Shown: positions 27,272 through 37,875, counted from the first letter of the stretch. The stretch is 64,000 bases of DNA from an uncultured Pelagibacteraceae bacterium (GCA_902617525.1 CACMWW010000006.1:3941-67940), one strand, 5' to 3'. Translations and numbers: made by a program. The notes: generated from the letters alone by a model not told the origin.

Positions 27272-28585
27272 ATGGCAAAAAATAAATTTAATCCTGCAGA
27301 TTCTGTAAACCCTGAAACAATTGCGTTACATGGAGGTGATTACAGAAGTGATCCTTCTACAACATCAGTAGCTGTTCCAATTTATCAAACAACTTCATAT
27401 CAGTTTCATAACACTGAACATGCAGCTAATTTATTTGGAGCTAAAGATTTTGGTAATATTTACACAAGAATAATGAACCCTACAGTTGATGTTCTTGAAA
27501 AAAGAGTTGCAGCAATGGAAGGTGGTGTAGGAGCGTTATGTGTTAGTTCTGGTCAATCAGCTTCTATGTTGAGCATTCAAAACTTAGTCAAAGCTGGTGA
27601 TAATATCGTTAGTTCAACAGATTTATATGGTGGAACATGGAATTTATTTGCTAACACAATGAAAGATTTAGGAATTGAAGTTAGGTTTGCTGATCCTACA
27701 GATCCTGAAAGCTTTCGAAAAATGACAGATGATAATACGCGTGCGTATTATGCTGAAACTTTGCCTAATCCAAAACTCAAAGTCTTTCCAATCAGAGAAG
27801 TTGCAGATATAGGAGACGAATACAATATACCTCTAATTGTAGATAATACTGCAGCACCAGTAATATGTAAGCCAATTGAACACGGTGCAACTATCGTTGT
27901 ACATTCACTCACTAAATTCATAGGTGGTCACGGCACTACTATTGGAGGAATAATTGTTGACAGCGGAAAGTTTGATTGGGCTAAAGACCCCAAAAGACAA
28001 CCTATGTTAAATAATCCTGATCCAAGTTATCATGGAATGGTATGGACAGAATTTGCAAAAGCAGTTGGTCCAATTGCTTACATTGTAAGAGCTAGATTTG
28101 TAGGGCTTAGAGATTTAGGTCCTGCTCTGCCACCACAAAGTGCATTTCAAATAATTCAAGGTTTAGAAACAGTATCTTTGAGAATGGAAAAGCATTGTTC
28201 TAATGCTGCAAAGGTAGCTGAATATTTATCTAATCATAATAAAGTTTCACGAGTAATCTATGCTGGGCTTGATGAGGGTGAAGCTGGCGAAAGAGCAAAC
28301 AAATACCTCAAGGGAGGTCACGGAGCACTCTGTGGTATTGAACTTAAAGGCGGTAAAGTGAGTGGTGAAAAGTTCATAAATAATCTAAATATGTTCTATC
28401 ATGTTGCTAATATTGGTGATGCTCGAAGCTTAGCTATTCATCCAGCATCAACTACTCACTCTCAGCTATCAGATGAAGATATGGAAGCAGCTGGAGTAAA
28501 TCCTAGTTATGTGAGACTTTCGATTGGAATAGAACACATCGATGATATAATCGAAGACCTAAAGAATGCTTTAGACGCTGCATAA
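27272..28585 (+). CDS. metY: O-acetylhomoserine sulfhydrylase (PLP-dependent)
   Basis: MAKNKFNPADSVNPETIALHGG.. with the PLP lysine in HSLTKFIGGHG. I start at the ATG at 27272 (AGAGG SD 7 nt upstream). The track's TTG at 27227 lies inside the leader U-run. Confidence 0.9.
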   Translation: MAKNKFNPADSVNPETIALHGGDYRSDPSTTSVAVPIYQTTSYQFHNTEHAANLFGAKDFGNIYTRIMNPTVDVLEKRVAAMEGGVGALCVSSGQSASMLSIQNLVKAGDNIVSSTDLYGGTWNLFANTMKDLGIEVRFADPTDPESFRKMTDDNTRAYYAETLPNPKLKVFPIREVADIGDEYNIPLIVDNTAAPVICKPIEHGATIVVHSLTKFIGGHGTTIGGIIVDSGKFDWAKDPKRQPMLNNPDPSYHGMVWTEFAKAVGPIAYIVRARFVGLRDLGPALPPQSAFQIIQGLETVSLRMEKHCSNAAKVAEYLSNHNKVSRVIYAGLDEGEAGERANKYLKGGHGALCGIELKGGKVSGEKFINNLNMFYHVANIGDARSLAIHPASTTHSQLSDEDMEAAGVNPSYVRLSIGIEHIDDIIEDLKNALDAA

Positions 28586-28586
28586 T

Positions 28587-29639
28587 CTATTTTAAAGTCT
28601 CTTCATTAAATCTTTTTTGAAGAGACTTTTTACTTAACATCCACATTGATAGTGAAATCAAAAATAAAATGATTGAATTCCCCTGATGAGCTAGCGCTAA
28701 GTGCCAAGGAATATTTTGAAAAGTCATCATAACTCCAAGAAGTATCTGCAATATAAAAGTAAAATTGAATGTTAGTAATAAATAACTTTTATAAATGGCT
28801 CTATTTTTCATATATAAAATATAATTTATATATATAACTAATAAGAGAATGAATAATGCTGATGTTCGATGAACAAAGATTATATATTCTCTCGTCTCAA
28901 AAAAATTAACAAAACCGCTCAAAAGATTATTTTCAATTACTGGAAAAATATTACCATCATACATTGGCCAAGTATTAAATAATAACCCTGAGTGAGTACC
29001 AGAAACAAAAGCCCCATAGGAAATTTGTAAGAAAATAAATAAAAATAATAATAAAAATAAAAATTCATTACCTGTTTTATAATTAAACTTTTTGTTGCTG
29101 ATATATTTCATATTAGAATCTAAGAGAATTTGAAAAGTAATACCTAAAATAACAAAAGCCATAGTAAGATGCATTGCTAAACGATATTGACTAACATCAA
29201 TTCTCCCAACTAAGCCACTTTTTACCATATACCAACCAATGATGGCTTGCACACCCAAAAGGAATCCAACTAAGAAAATTCTTAATTGATAACTTCTGTG
29301 AATTTTCTTTTTAATTAACAAATAAATTAGAGGTATTAAATATATTGCGCCTATCAACCTAGCAAAAAATCTATGAAACCATTCCCAAAAATATATTACT
29401 TTGAATTCATTTAGCGTCATAGTGCTATTTACAAGCATGAATTCATCGATTTGTTGGTATTTGCTGAATTCTACTTGCCATTGGTAATTGTTTAATGGGT
29501 ACATCACGCCTGTAACTGGTAACCATTCTGTTATCGATAGGCCTGAGTCAGATATTCTTGTATACCCCCCAATAAGTATTATCGCGCAAATAGCAATTAT
29601 AAGAGAAAACAGCCAAATTGAAAATATATTGATTTTCAT
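28587..29639 (-). CDS. ctaA: heme A synthase (COX15/CtaA)
   Basis: 350-aa polytopic protein, COX15-like (..GGYTRISDSGLSITEW.., ..FHRFFARL.., ..HLTMAF.., ..VHRTSAL..). Its stop codon lies 1 nt from the metY stop. Confidence 0.85.
   Translation of the reverse strand: MKINIFSIWLFSLIIAICAIILIGGYTRISDSGLSITEWLPVTGVMYPLNNYQWQVEFSKYQQIDEFMLVNSTMTLNEFKVIYFWEWFHRFFARLIGAIYLIPLIYLLIKKKIHRSYQLRIFLVGFLLGVQAIIGWYMVKSGLVGRIDVSQYRLAMHLTMAFVILGITFQILLDSNMKYISNKKFNYKTGNEFLFLLLFLFIFLQISYGAFVSGTHSGLLFNTWPMYDGNIFPVIENNLLSGFVNFFETREYIIFVHRTSALFILLLVIYINYILYMKNRAIYKSYLLLTFNFTFILQILLGVMMTFQNIPWHLALAHQGNSIILFLISLSMWMLSKKSLQKRFNEETLK
28597..28631 (+). terminator. intrinsic terminator of metY, embedded in the 3' coding end of convergent ctaA
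   Basis: GUCUCUUCA (28597-28605), 12-nt loop, UGAAGAGAC (28618-28626), then UUUUUACUU. The stem extends to 12 bp if flanking A-U pairs are counted. Confidence 0.6.
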
Positions 29640-29663
29640 AATTTAAATTATTAAGTATTAATT

Positions 29664-29858
29664 ATGCAAAAAACAAAAAAGCTACTCAGTATAATTATCT
29701 TTATACTAATGATGTTTTTGTATTGTATATTAGTTATGGCTTTTTTAATTAAAATCAACTTTAATCATTGGCTATTAGAATTTATTGTTTACTTTATATT
29801 AGGTATTATCTGGGTTTTTCCTTCAATGTATATTTTAAGGCCGTTTAAAAAAAAATGA
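29664..29858 (+). CDS. small two-TM membrane protein (DUF2842-like)
   Basis: 64 aa with two hydrophobic helices. Divergent from ctaA, as DUF2842 genes often are in alphaproteobacteria. Family call is from memory. Confidence 0.5.
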   Translation: MQKTKKLLSIIIFILMMFLYCILVMAFLIKINFNHWLLEFIVYFILGIIWVFPSMYILRPFKKK

Positions 29859-30148
29859 TAAGAAAAAAAAATAATTCTTCCAAGATGAAAGAGGTAAGAA
29901 AGAGAATCGATAAAATTGACGCTCAGATTTTACCATTGATGGTTAAAAGATCTGAATTGGTAAATAAAGCACTAAGCCTTAAAACAAGAAAATCAGAGAT
30001 TGTCGATTCTAAAAGAATAAATGAAATTAAAAAGAAAGTTTCAAATCAAGCAAAAAGCCTTGGCGCAAATCCAAAATTGATAAGTGATATTTGGGTATCA
30101 ATTATTAAAAACTTTATTAATTTTGAGAAAAAAAATTTTAAAAAGTAA
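29855..30148 (+). CDS. chorismate mutase (AroQ class)
   Basis: 97 aa. EVRKRIDKIDAQILPLMVKRSELVNKA fits the AroQ helix-1 pattern (R..ID.ID..L..L...R). Confidence 0.72.
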   Translation: MIRKKNNSSKMKEVRKRIDKIDAQILPLMVKRSELVNKALSLKTRKSEIVDSKRINEIKKKVSNQAKSLGANPKLISDIWVSIIKNFINFEKKNFKK

Positions 30149-30340
30149 TTATTTACTATGAGGTGGAAGTTTCTTTTCTGTAAACCATTCGTGTTTTTTG
30201 GTTGCAGGGTTATACTTCTTCATCCTTAACTTATCTTTTGCCTTTAGACCAGAAGTTGGTTTTTTTGCATAATAATAAAACTTGCTATCAGTTTTTTCCT
30301 CAGGAACAAGACGTACTTTTACAGTTGATTTTTTTGCCAT
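30149..30340 (-). CDS. rpmG: 50S ribosomal protein L33
   Basis: 63 aa. [42 protein letters not shown] parallels the L33 pattern (..FYVT.KN....KL...KYDP..RKHV.F.E.K). Confidence 0.8.
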   Translation of the reverse strand: MAKKSTVKVRLVPEEKTDSKFYYYAKKPTSGLKAKDKLRMKKYNPATKKHEWFTEKKLPPHSK

Positions 30341-30765
30341 TATTTATTATCAAGTTTTTTCCTTAGTTGAACCAAATCTTCAAGAACATTCATTAATTTT
30401 TTTCTTTTTGTGTCATTTATTGAATATTGAGGGTGATCTTGTTGATCAAGATGATCATTATTATCTTTTCTTATTTCTGTAAAGACCTTATTTTCAGTCT
30501 GAATAGTTAATAGTTTTTTTGTACCATTTTCCTTGATTACCTTTTGAACTCCTCTAATTGTATAACCATCGTTGTACAAAAGACTTTTAATACCTTTTAA
30601 TAATTTTATATCTTCAGGCCTGTAGTATCTGCGACCACCACCTCTTTTAATTGGCTTTATTTGTACAAACTTTGTTTCCCAAAATCTTAGAACATGTTGA
30701 GGTAATGACAAATCTTTTGATACCTCACTTATAGTTCTAAAAGCTTCGGGTGACTTTGAACTCAT
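30340..30765 (-). CDS. MerR-family transcriptional regulator
   Basis: 141 aa. N-terminal [40 protein letters not shown]. Immediately downstream of ihfA, as is typical in alphaproteobacteria. Confidence 0.8.
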   Translation of the reverse strand: MSSKSPEAFRTISEVSKDLSLPQHVLRFWETKFVQIKPIKRGGGRRYYRPEDIKLLKGIKSLLYNDGYTIRGVQKVIKENGTKKLLTIQTENKVFTEIRKDNNDHLDQQDHPQYSINDTKRKKLMNVLEDLVQLRKKLDNK

Positions 30766-31082
30766 TAAACTGCTGCCTCTGAATTTATTTTATTTCTTGA
30801 GTTAACTTTTGACTTTAATACATTAGAGGCACGAAAAGTTACAACACTTCTCGCTGTTATCGGAACTTCCTGACCTGTCTTAGGATTTCGACCGATTCTT
30901 TCTTTTTTTTGTCTTACTACGAATGTACCGAAAGATGAAATTTTTACATCATCTCCATTAATTAAGCTTTTTAAAATTTCTACGAACACTGAGTCAACAA
31001 GTGTGGCAGACTCATTTCTAGAAAGGCCAACATTCTTGAAAACAGCTTCACTAAGTGTTGATCTAGTGGTTGTCTTATCCAT
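30765..31082 (-). CDS. ihfA: integration host factor subunit alpha
   Basis: 105 aa. ..[39 protein letters not shown].. is the HU/IHF fold with the IHF-alpha arm. Confidence 0.9.
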   Translation of the reverse strand: MDKTTTRSTLSEAVFKNVGLSRNESATLVDSVFVEILKSLINGDDVKISSFGTFVVRQKKERIGRNPKTGQEVPITARSVVTFRASNVLKSKVNSRNKINSEAAV

Positions 31083-31142
31083 AAGAAAAATTATATTAAA
31101 TTAACAACTTATAACAATATATTAATTACTTTTTTTTACGTG

Positions 31143-32189
31143 TTAAATAGTTATTTTATTTTGCATTTCATTCACATATTCCTTAATTTTTTCATTTACA
31201 TCATTTTCAAGCAAAGAATATATAATGTCTGCAGCATAGGAAACGCCCTTAAACTCTGATTTGCCATGACACTTTACGACCAGTGCATTAAGACCCATAA
31301 ATATACCACAATTATGCACTCTTGGATCTAATCTTTCTCTTACAGATCTTAGAGAGATTGAAGATAAAACATATCCTAACTTTGATAGAATTGAGCTTTG
31401 ATAAGCGTTGTTCAGGTGATTTTGAAATAACTTTGCAGTTCCTTCCGCTGTCTTTAAAGCAATATTGCCAGTAAAACCATCAGTTACAACAACATTTGTT
31501 TGCCCTAAAGAAATATCATTTCCTTCAATATATCCATAGTAATTAATCAAGTCTAATTTATTAAGTTCTTGCAATCTGTCAGAAGCATTTTTAATCTCAT
31601 CGTTTCCCTTTATTTCCTCTTTACCAACATTTAATATACCCACAGATGGATTATCTATTTTGAATAGAATACTTGCCAAACTAGAGCCAAGAACTGCGCT
31701 ATCTACAAGGTACCTTGAACTTAATTTAGTATTTGCACCAAGATCTAAAACTATGGACTCTCCTTTCATGTTTGGCCATATTGATGCAATAGCTGGGCGC
31801 TTTATTTCCGATAATGTTTTGATGTTTAATAATGACAAAGTCATTAATGCTCCAGTATTACCAAATGATAGTATAGCGTCTGTTTCATTTTGTTGAGTAG
31901 ATTTAATAGCCAAATACATACTTGAATGTACTTTTGACTTTATAACTTCAGATGGTTTGTCGTCCATCGAAATACTATCTGAACAATCAATTATTTCAGA
32001 TGCTAATTGAAGTTTTTTAAATTTTTTTAAATCTTTTAGTATAGTTTCTTTATTTCCAAATAAATAAAATTTGTAGTTAATGTTCCTCAATAAAGACTGT
32101 TCTAAGCCTCTTAAAATTTCTTTTGTTTTAGTTTCGCTGCCCAATATGTCAACCGCTAATTTAAAAATCTTTTTCAAAATACTAACCAA
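31143..32189 (-). CDS. plsX: phosphate acyltransferase PlsX
   Basis: 348 aa. ..GNTGALM.., ..VVVTDGFTGNIALKTAEG.. are typical of PlsX. Confidence 0.88.
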   Translation of the reverse strand: MVSILKKIFKLAVDILGSETKTKEILRGLEQSLLRNINYKFYLFGNKETILKDLKKFKKLQLASEIIDCSDSISMDDKPSEVIKSKVHSSMYLAIKSTQQNETDAILSFGNTGALMTLSLLNIKTLSEIKRPAIASIWPNMKGESIVLDLGANTKLSSRYLVDSAVLGSSLASILFKIDNPSVGILNVGKEEIKGNDEIKNASDRLQELNKLDLINYYGYIEGNDISLGQTNVVVTDGFTGNIALKTAEGTAKLFQNHLNNAYQSSILSKLGYVLSSISLRSVRERLDPRVHNCGIFMGLNALVVKCHGKSEFKGVSYAADIIYSLLENDVNEKIKEYVNEMQNKITI

Positions 32190-32712
32190 ATTTTATAAAT
32201 TCAAAATAGCAATCGATATTTTCCTTTTCAGATATACTCTGAAACTTTTTTATATTTTTAATTATATATTTTGCAAACATGCTAACATTCGTGTTATCAG
32301 ATGAATTTCCTTTAAATATATTATTTAAGATTGTTTGCTCAAGCAATGATTTATCATCTTCTTTTTCTAAAAGATCTAAACTTTTACTGTACTGTGATAA
32401 CCTGCCATAAAAGGCCCTTATCAATAGTTTCATTTTTTTATTAACAGCAATATCTCCAAATCCCATTTCTCTGAGATTATTTTCAAAATCACTGAACATA
32501 TGATCAAATAACATCTGTGATAAAGATGAGTTGTTAATATTTTTACTTTTATAAAAATAAAAAATCATAAATGCGTGAAATATGATCAAATCAAACCTAG
32601 TTTCAAAACTATCTTCCAAGCCATAGTCTAAGTAAAAAAACTTTGACCTCGATATTTTAATAATATTCTGATAGATTTTCTCAACTGAAGAAACTTTATT
32701 CTTTAATACCAT
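32182..32712 (-). CDS. ubiquinol-cytochrome c chaperone (Cbp3-like) family protein
   Basis: 176 aa. ..FETRFDLIIFHAFMIF.. and ..MGFGDIAVNKKMKLLIRAFYGR.. fit the Ubiq_cyt_C_chap family. Conserved position upstream of plsX. Confidence 0.7.
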   Translation of the reverse strand: MVLKNKVSSVEKIYQNIIKISRSKFFYLDYGLEDSFETRFDLIIFHAFMIFYFYKSKNINNSSLSQMLFDHMFSDFENNLREMGFGDIAVNKKMKLLIRAFYGRLSQYSKSLDLLEKEDDKSLLEQTILNNIFKGNSSDNTNVSMFAKYIIKNIKKFQSISEKENIDCYFEFIKFG

Positions 32713-32713
32713 A

Positions 32714-33151
32714 ATGATGATTAAATATATCTGTTATTTTATAATTCTAATTACCATATATAGTTGTTCTCCAGTCAATAAGCAACACGGATATCTTATT
32801 GATGATATACTTATTTCATCGGACAAAATATCAAAATTTGAAGTGAATAAAACAAGTGCAGATGATGTTTTTAATGCCATGGGTTCACCATCAATAGTAA
32901 TAGACGATGTGAATAATGTTTGGATTTATCTTTTATCTCTAAAAGAAAAAAAGGTCTTTGAAGATGATACTCTTTTATTTCAAAATATATACAGATTTGT
33001 ATTTAATAAAAATGAAGTTTTAATCGAAACCGCAATTCTAACAGAGGAGAACTTTAACAAGATTGTGTTCTCATCTGATAAAACAACTATTCGAAGAGAT
33101 GCATATGGTATTACAGACCAGTTGTATGACGCGTTTACAAGAGGTCAATAA
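32714..33151 (+). CDS. bamE: outer-membrane assembly lipoprotein BamE (SmpA/OmlA)
   Basis: 145 aa. Lipobox ITIYSC, then the SmpA/OmlA-like ..NKQHGYLIDD..KTSADDVFNAMGSPS... Confidence 0.7.
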   Translation: MMIKYICYFIILITIYSCSPVNKQHGYLIDDILISSDKISKFEVNKTSADDVFNAMGSPSIVIDDVNNVWIYLLSLKEKKVFEDDTLLFQNIYRFVFNKNEVLIETAILTEENFNKIVFSSDKTTIRRDAYGITDQLYDAFTRGQ

Positions 33152-33157
33152 TTAGAA

Positions 33158-35230
33158 TTACAGAGCAGCTAAAAGTAAAAGTGCAACAATATTTGTAATT
33201 TTAATCATCGGATTAACAGCAGGACCAGCTGTATCTTTATACGGATCTCCTACAGTATCGCCTGTAACAGCTGCTTTGTGTGCCTCTGATCCTTTACCAC
33301 CGAAATTACCATCTTCAACATACTTCTTTGCATTGTCCCAAGCTCCGCCTCCAGCAGTCATAGATATCGCAACAAATATACCGGTTACAATCACACCAAG
33401 TAACATCGCACCTACTGCTGAAACAGCTGCATTTTGGTCGGCTACGATTGATACTAATAAGTAAAGAATAATTGGAGAAAGTACTGGTAACATTGAAGGA
33501 ACAATCATTTCTTTGATTGCTGAACGAGTAAGCATATCAACTGATCTAGAATAATCGGGTTTAGTTTCTCCTGTCATAATTCCTGGATTGTCTGCAAATT
33601 GTTTTCTCACTTCTTCTACAACGGCTCCTCCTGCTCGGCCTACAGCCATCATTCCCATTGATGCAAATAAGTAGGGAAGTAATCCGCCGATTAATAAACC
33701 AACAACAACATAAGGGTTTTCCAGACTAAAATTCGGGGTCAAACTTTCGATCAATTTAAGATCCTCAACATAAGCAGCGAACAGAACTAACGCACCTAAA
33801 CCTGCGGAACCAATTGCGTAACCCTTTGTAACTGCTTTTGTTGTATTTCCAACAGCATCTAAAGCATCAGTTGTTTTTCTAACATTTTCATCTAGATTTG
33901 ACATCTCCGCTATTCCACCAGCATTATCTGTAACTGGGCCATATGCATCTAACGCAACTACCATTCCGGCAAGGGCAAGCATAGCAGTCACTGCGATTGC
34001 TATTCCAAATAAACCAGCTAGTTGAAATGTCATGACTATACCTACTACAATTACTAACGCGGGCAATGCTGTGGCTTCCATAGATACAGCAAGTCCTTGA
34101 ATTACATTTGTACCATGCCCTGTTGTAGAAGCTTTTGCAACACTTTGAACCGGTCTATAATTTGTTCCAGTATAATATTCAGTTATCCAAATTAAGAGCC
34201 CGGTAATAACAATTCCAATTATTGAGCAAATATAAAGTGAGGTACCAGAAAAAGTTGTATCTCCAAAAGTAAATTCTTTAGACATATCGCCCAATACAAT
34301 TTGAGTTACAGGATATATGAAAATTAGAGAAAGTATGGCAGAAGCAATAAAACCTTTATATAGTGCTCCCATTATACTTTGAGATGAACCTAATCTTACA
34401 AAAAAAGTACCTATGATTGAAGCTACTAAACAGCTACCTCCAATTGCCATAGGATAAATTGTCATCATATGAGAAATTTCACCTGTAAAAAAAATTGTAG
34501 CTAAAACCATAGTAGCAACTATTGTTACTGCATAAGTCTCAAACAGATCTGCAGCCATTCCAGCGCAATCACCAACATTGTCTCCGACGTTGTCTGCTAT
34601 CACTGCAGGATTTCTAGGGTCATCTTCTGGTATGCCTGCCTCAACTTTACCAACTAGGTCAGCGCCTACGTCTGCACCCTTTGTAAAAATTCCTCCACCT
34701 AATCTTGCAAATATCGAAATAAGTGAAGCTCCAAAACCTAATGCAACAAGAGCATGTTTGAGTGTTTCTTCAGATACTGAATATGAGTCTAAAATTGCAT
34801 AATAAACTGATATAGATAATAAAGCCAAGCCTGCTACAAGCATTCCTGTAACTGCCCCCGCTTTAAAAGCAACATCGAGCCCTTTACCTAAACTTTCACT
34901 TGCAGCTTGAGCAGTTCTTACATTTGCGCGGACTGAGATTATCATTCCAATATAGCCTGCTGCACCTGATAATATTGCCCCGATTAAATAACCCCCAACA
35001 ACCCAAAAGTCTCTAAAAAATAAGTATAAAAGGACACAAATGACTGCACCAACAATCGCAATGGTTGTATACTGTCTGTTAAGATATGCTTGTGCACCAA
35101 TTTGAATTGCTGACGAAATTTCTTGCATTTTTTCACTACCTGCATTTGACTTTAAAACTGAATTACCAGCCCAGAAACCATAAATGATTGATAATATGCC
35201 AGAAAAAATAATTAGGTTTAATATATTCAT
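33158..35230 (-). CDS. hppA: membrane-bound H+-translocating pyrophosphatase (K+-independent type)
   Basis: [19 protein letters not shown] and [16 protein letters not shown] (the Lys in GNTTKA marks K+-insensitive enzymes). I start at [11 protein letters not shown] (35230), not the track's 21-aa extension. Confidence 0.92.
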   Translation of the reverse strand: MNILNLIIFSGILSIIYGFWAGNSVLKSNAGSEKMQEISSAIQIGAQAYLNRQYTTIAIVGAVICVLLYLFFRDFWVVGGYLIGAILSGAAGYIGMIISVRANVRTAQAASESLGKGLDVAFKAGAVTGMLVAGLALLSISVYYAILDSYSVSEETLKHALVALGFGASLISIFARLGGGIFTKGADVGADLVGKVEAGIPEDDPRNPAVIADNVGDNVGDCAGMAADLFETYAVTIVATMVLATIFFTGEISHMMTIYPMAIGGSCLVASIIGTFFVRLGSSQSIMGALYKGFIASAILSLIFIYPVTQIVLGDMSKEFTFGDTTFSGTSLYICSIIGIVITGLLIWITEYYTGTNYRPVQSVAKASTTGHGTNVIQGLAVSMEATALPALVIVVGIVMTFQLAGLFGIAIAVTAMLALAGMVVALDAYGPVTDNAGGIAEMSNLDENVRKTTDALDAVGNTTKAVTKGYAIGSAGLGALVLFAAYVEDLKLIESLTPNFSLENPYVVVGLLIGGLLPYLFASMGMMAVGRAGGAVVEEVRKQFADNPGIMTGETKPDYSRSVDMLTRSAIKEMIVPSMLPVLSPIILYLLVSIVADQNAAVSAVGAMLLGVIVTGIFVAISMTAGGGAWDNAKKYVEDGNFGGKGSEAHKAAVTGDTVGDPYKDTAGPAVNPMIKITNIVALLLLAAL

Positions 35231-35306
35231 CTTATGTGTCCTTGATTGTTTATTTCTGGTGGAGAAAATGCCAAAAATTACATAAATATGCAACTTTTAT
35301 TTTATT

Positions 35307-35735
35307 CTATATTTCTCTAAGATTATCAAGAACTCCGTTCAAAAGAGTGGCCTCTTTGATGCCAAAAAAATGATTTGAAATCAATAAATACTCAGAAATA
35401 ACTATTTTCTTTGAAATTTCATTTTTTAATACAATCTCATATATAGCACATCTAAATATAGATAATAATAACTTGTCGAAAGATTGAACTTTATTATTTT
35501 TCTTAAGGGACTTTTTTAGTATCGAGTCTATTGTTTTTAAATTAGTAAACACCCCGTTATATATTTCCTTAGTAAGCGATAATTTTGCGCCATGAATTTT
35601 ATTTTTAAAATCAGCATTAGCAATAATATGAGAGAGCATTTCATAAATAGGTACATCAATTTCTTTTTGATTTATTGAATTTTCATAAATTGCTTGGACA
35701 GCTAATAGCCTTTGATATGATTTTATATCAGACAT
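35307..35735 (-). CDS. nusB: transcription antitermination factor NusB
   Basis: 142 aa, all-helical, ..RLLAVQAIYE.. start. Conserved position after ribH. Confidence 0.82.
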   Translation of the reverse strand: MSDIKSYQRLLAVQAIYENSINQKEIDVPIYEMLSHIIANADFKNKIHGAKLSLTKEIYNGVFTNLKTIDSILKKSLKKNNKVQSFDKLLLSIFRCAIYEIVLKNEISKKIVISEYLLISNHFFGIKEATLLNGVLDNLREI

Positions 35736-35741
35736 TAATAT

Positions 35742-36155
35742 TTAATTTTTTAAAACTGATATAGCAGCTAAAACCGCCTCTTTAGCTCTGTTAGATTTTT
35801 TGGTAGATCTATCGATAGCTTGTTTTAGGCTAGTACAAGTGAGAACAGTATTTGAAATTGGTATGTTTTTATCAACAGAGATTGACAAAAGCGAATTTGT
35901 TATAGCATTTGCAATAAATTCATAATGATCTGTTTTGCCCTTGATGATACAGCCTACTGCAATAACTGCATCATATTTTTTTTTCTTAATAAGAATCGAT
36001 ATTTGAACAGGAATTTCTAATGATCCATTTACTTTAAATATATCATATTTGCACTTATGTTTTTTCAATTCTGAAATTGCACCATTCAAAAGACCATCTG
36101 TAATTTTTGGATAAAAATTTGATGCAACAATCAAAAACTTGTTCTTTTTACTCAT
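35742..36155 (-). CDS. ribH: 6,7-dimethyl-8-ribityllumazine synthase
   Basis: 137 aa. ..VNGSLEIPV.., ..VGCIIKGKTDHYEFI... Located in the rib cluster. Confidence 0.85.
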   Translation of the reverse strand: MSKKNKFLIVASNFYPKITDGLLNGAISELKKHKCKYDIFKVNGSLEIPVQISILIKKKKYDAVIAVGCIIKGKTDHYEFIANAITNSLLSISVDKNIPISNTVLTCTSLKQAIDRSTKKSNRAKEAVLAAISVLKN

Positions 36156-37269
36156 TTATTGTACTTAAAATTTTTGTCTCAATTATTTCTACATTAAACG
36201 CATCGAGACCAATAAATTTCCATTCTGTATTTGTAAGCAATATCATTTTTTTCACACCAATTTCAGATAAAATTTGTGCACCCATTCCGTAAATTCTAAG
36301 TTCATCACCATTACTCTGATATTGGTCCTTTGATTTAGGTTGATTTGTGATTAAATTATTAATTATAGACTTCCCAGTATCCCTAATCAAAATAATGATA
36401 CCTCTTTTTTCTTTTTCAATTATCTTAATTGCCTTATGTAATGATGCATCATCACTTCCATAATTACCAAACAAATTATCAAAATAATCTGTGACATGGA
36501 CCCTAACCATAATTGGCTTACCATCACTTACATTTCCTTTTGATAGAACAATTTGTTCAGTTCCATCGTACAGTGAGTCGTATATTTTAATATTAAATGT
36601 AGCTCCTGACGCTAAGTTTATTTCTGAGTCATAAGATTTTTTTATAAACTTATCTTTACTTCTTCGATGAGAGATTAAGTCTACAATCTTGCCAATTTTA
36701 ATTTTATGTTTTTTTGAAAATTCTATAAGATCTGGCAATCTAGCCATAGTTCCATCATCATTCATAATTTCACAAATAACACCTGCTGGTGAGTGCCCAC
36801 TCAACCTAGCCAAATCAACTGAAGCTTCTGTGTGGCCTGCTCTCATTAATACTCCTCCGTCCCTTGCAACTAATGGAAAGACATGTCCTGGACTCATTAG
36901 GTCTTTCTTTGTTTTATTCTGATCAATTGCCGTTTGTATTGTTACAGCTCTATCTTGTGCAGAAATACCAGTTGTAACACCTTCTTTTGCCTCAATAGAT
37001 ATTGTGAATGCTGTTGAGTCACGTGTATCATTATTTTGCGACATCAAAGGTAAATCGAGTTCTTTTACTCGATCCTCAGTTAAGGATAAGCAAATTAAAC
37101 CCCTTCCATGCGTCGCCATAAAATTAATTGCTTTGTGATCTACTTTTGCTGCAGGAATAATCAAATCACCTTCATTTTCACGATTTTCGTCGTCAACCAT
37201 AATTACCATTTTACCTAATTTTTGGTCTTCGATAATCTCTTCAATAGATGATATAAATTCATTATTCAT
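36148..37269 (-). CDS. ribBA: bifunctional 3,4-dihydroxy-2-butanone-4-phosphate synthase / GTP cyclohydrolase II-like protein
   Basis: 373 aa. DHBP synthase motifs DDENRENEGDLI and RAGHTEASVDLA. C-terminal RibA-like half. Confidence 0.88.
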   Translation of the reverse strand: MNNEFISSIEEIIEDQKLGKMVIMVDDENRENEGDLIIPAAKVDHKAINFMATHGRGLICLSLTEDRVKELDLPLMSQNNDTRDSTAFTISIEAKEGVTTGISAQDRAVTIQTAIDQNKTKKDLMSPGHVFPLVARDGGVLMRAGHTEASVDLARLSGHSPAGVICEIMNDDGTMARLPDLIEFSKKHKIKIGKIVDLISHRRSKDKFIKKSYDSEINLASGATFNIKIYDSLYDGTEQIVLSKGNVSDGKPIMVRVHVTDYFDNLFGNYGSDDASLHKAIKIIEKEKRGIIILIRDTGKSIINNLITNQPKSKDQYQSNGDELRIYGMGAQILSEIGVKKMILLTNTEWKFIGLDAFNVEIIETKILSTINE

Positions 37270-37281
37270 AAGTTGTAAGCT

Positions 37282-37872
37282 TCAAAGATTTTGCGTAACA
37301 TATCTTGCCAGCATATCAACTTCAAGATTTATTCTATTTCCAACTTTTAATTTATGTAAATTAGTTTTGTTCCATGTATAGGGAATTATATTAAGATAGA
37401 TTTTATCCCTTTTTACCTCATTAATTGTCAGAGAAATGCCATTAATCGAGATAGAGCCCTTTTTTGCAATAAATTTTCTTATATTTTTTGAAATTTTAAA
37501 TTCTAATTGATACGAGCCTTCAATTTTTTTGGATGATACCAATTCAGCAGTTTCGTCTACATGCCCAAAAACAAAGTGTCCACTTATCTCATCACCAACT
37601 CTAAGTGATTTTTCGATATTTATTAAATCACCTTTTTTTAATTGATTAAGATTTGTGCACCCGACTGTTTCTTTTGAAACATCAAAAAAAAGTTTCGTTT
37701 TATTAGATAATTTTTTTTTTGATGTAACTGTTAAACACACCCCATTGCAACAAACAGAGCTTCCTATCTTAACATCTTTAAATTTAAGATCAGTATCAAG
37801 GACAAGTTGGTAGTCTTTAAGTTTTTTAAAATCTTTAACGACACCTCTATTTTCAATTATTCCTGAAAACAT
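37282..37872 (-). CDS. ribE: riboflavin synthase
   Basis: 196 aa. MFSGIIE start, duplicated lumazine-binding repeats (..GSSVCCNGVCLTV.. / ..GSISINGISLTI..). Confidence 0.9.
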   Translation of the reverse strand: MFSGIIENRGVVKDFKKLKDYQLVLDTDLKFKDVKIGSSVCCNGVCLTVTSKKKLSNKTKLFFDVSKETVGCTNLNQLKKGDLINIEKSLRVGDEISGHFVFGHVDETAELVSSKKIEGSYQLEFKISKNIRKFIAKKGSISINGISLTINEVKRDKIYLNIIPYTWNKTNLHKLKVGNRINLEVDMLARYVTQNL

Positions 37873-37875
37873 AAA

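Noticed and set aside
35231-35293. 21-aa N-terminal extension of the pyrophosphatase ([21 protein letters not shown])
   Set aside because: H+-PPases begin with the first TM helix as in [11 protein letters not shown]... The extension is probably just open frame upstream of the true start.
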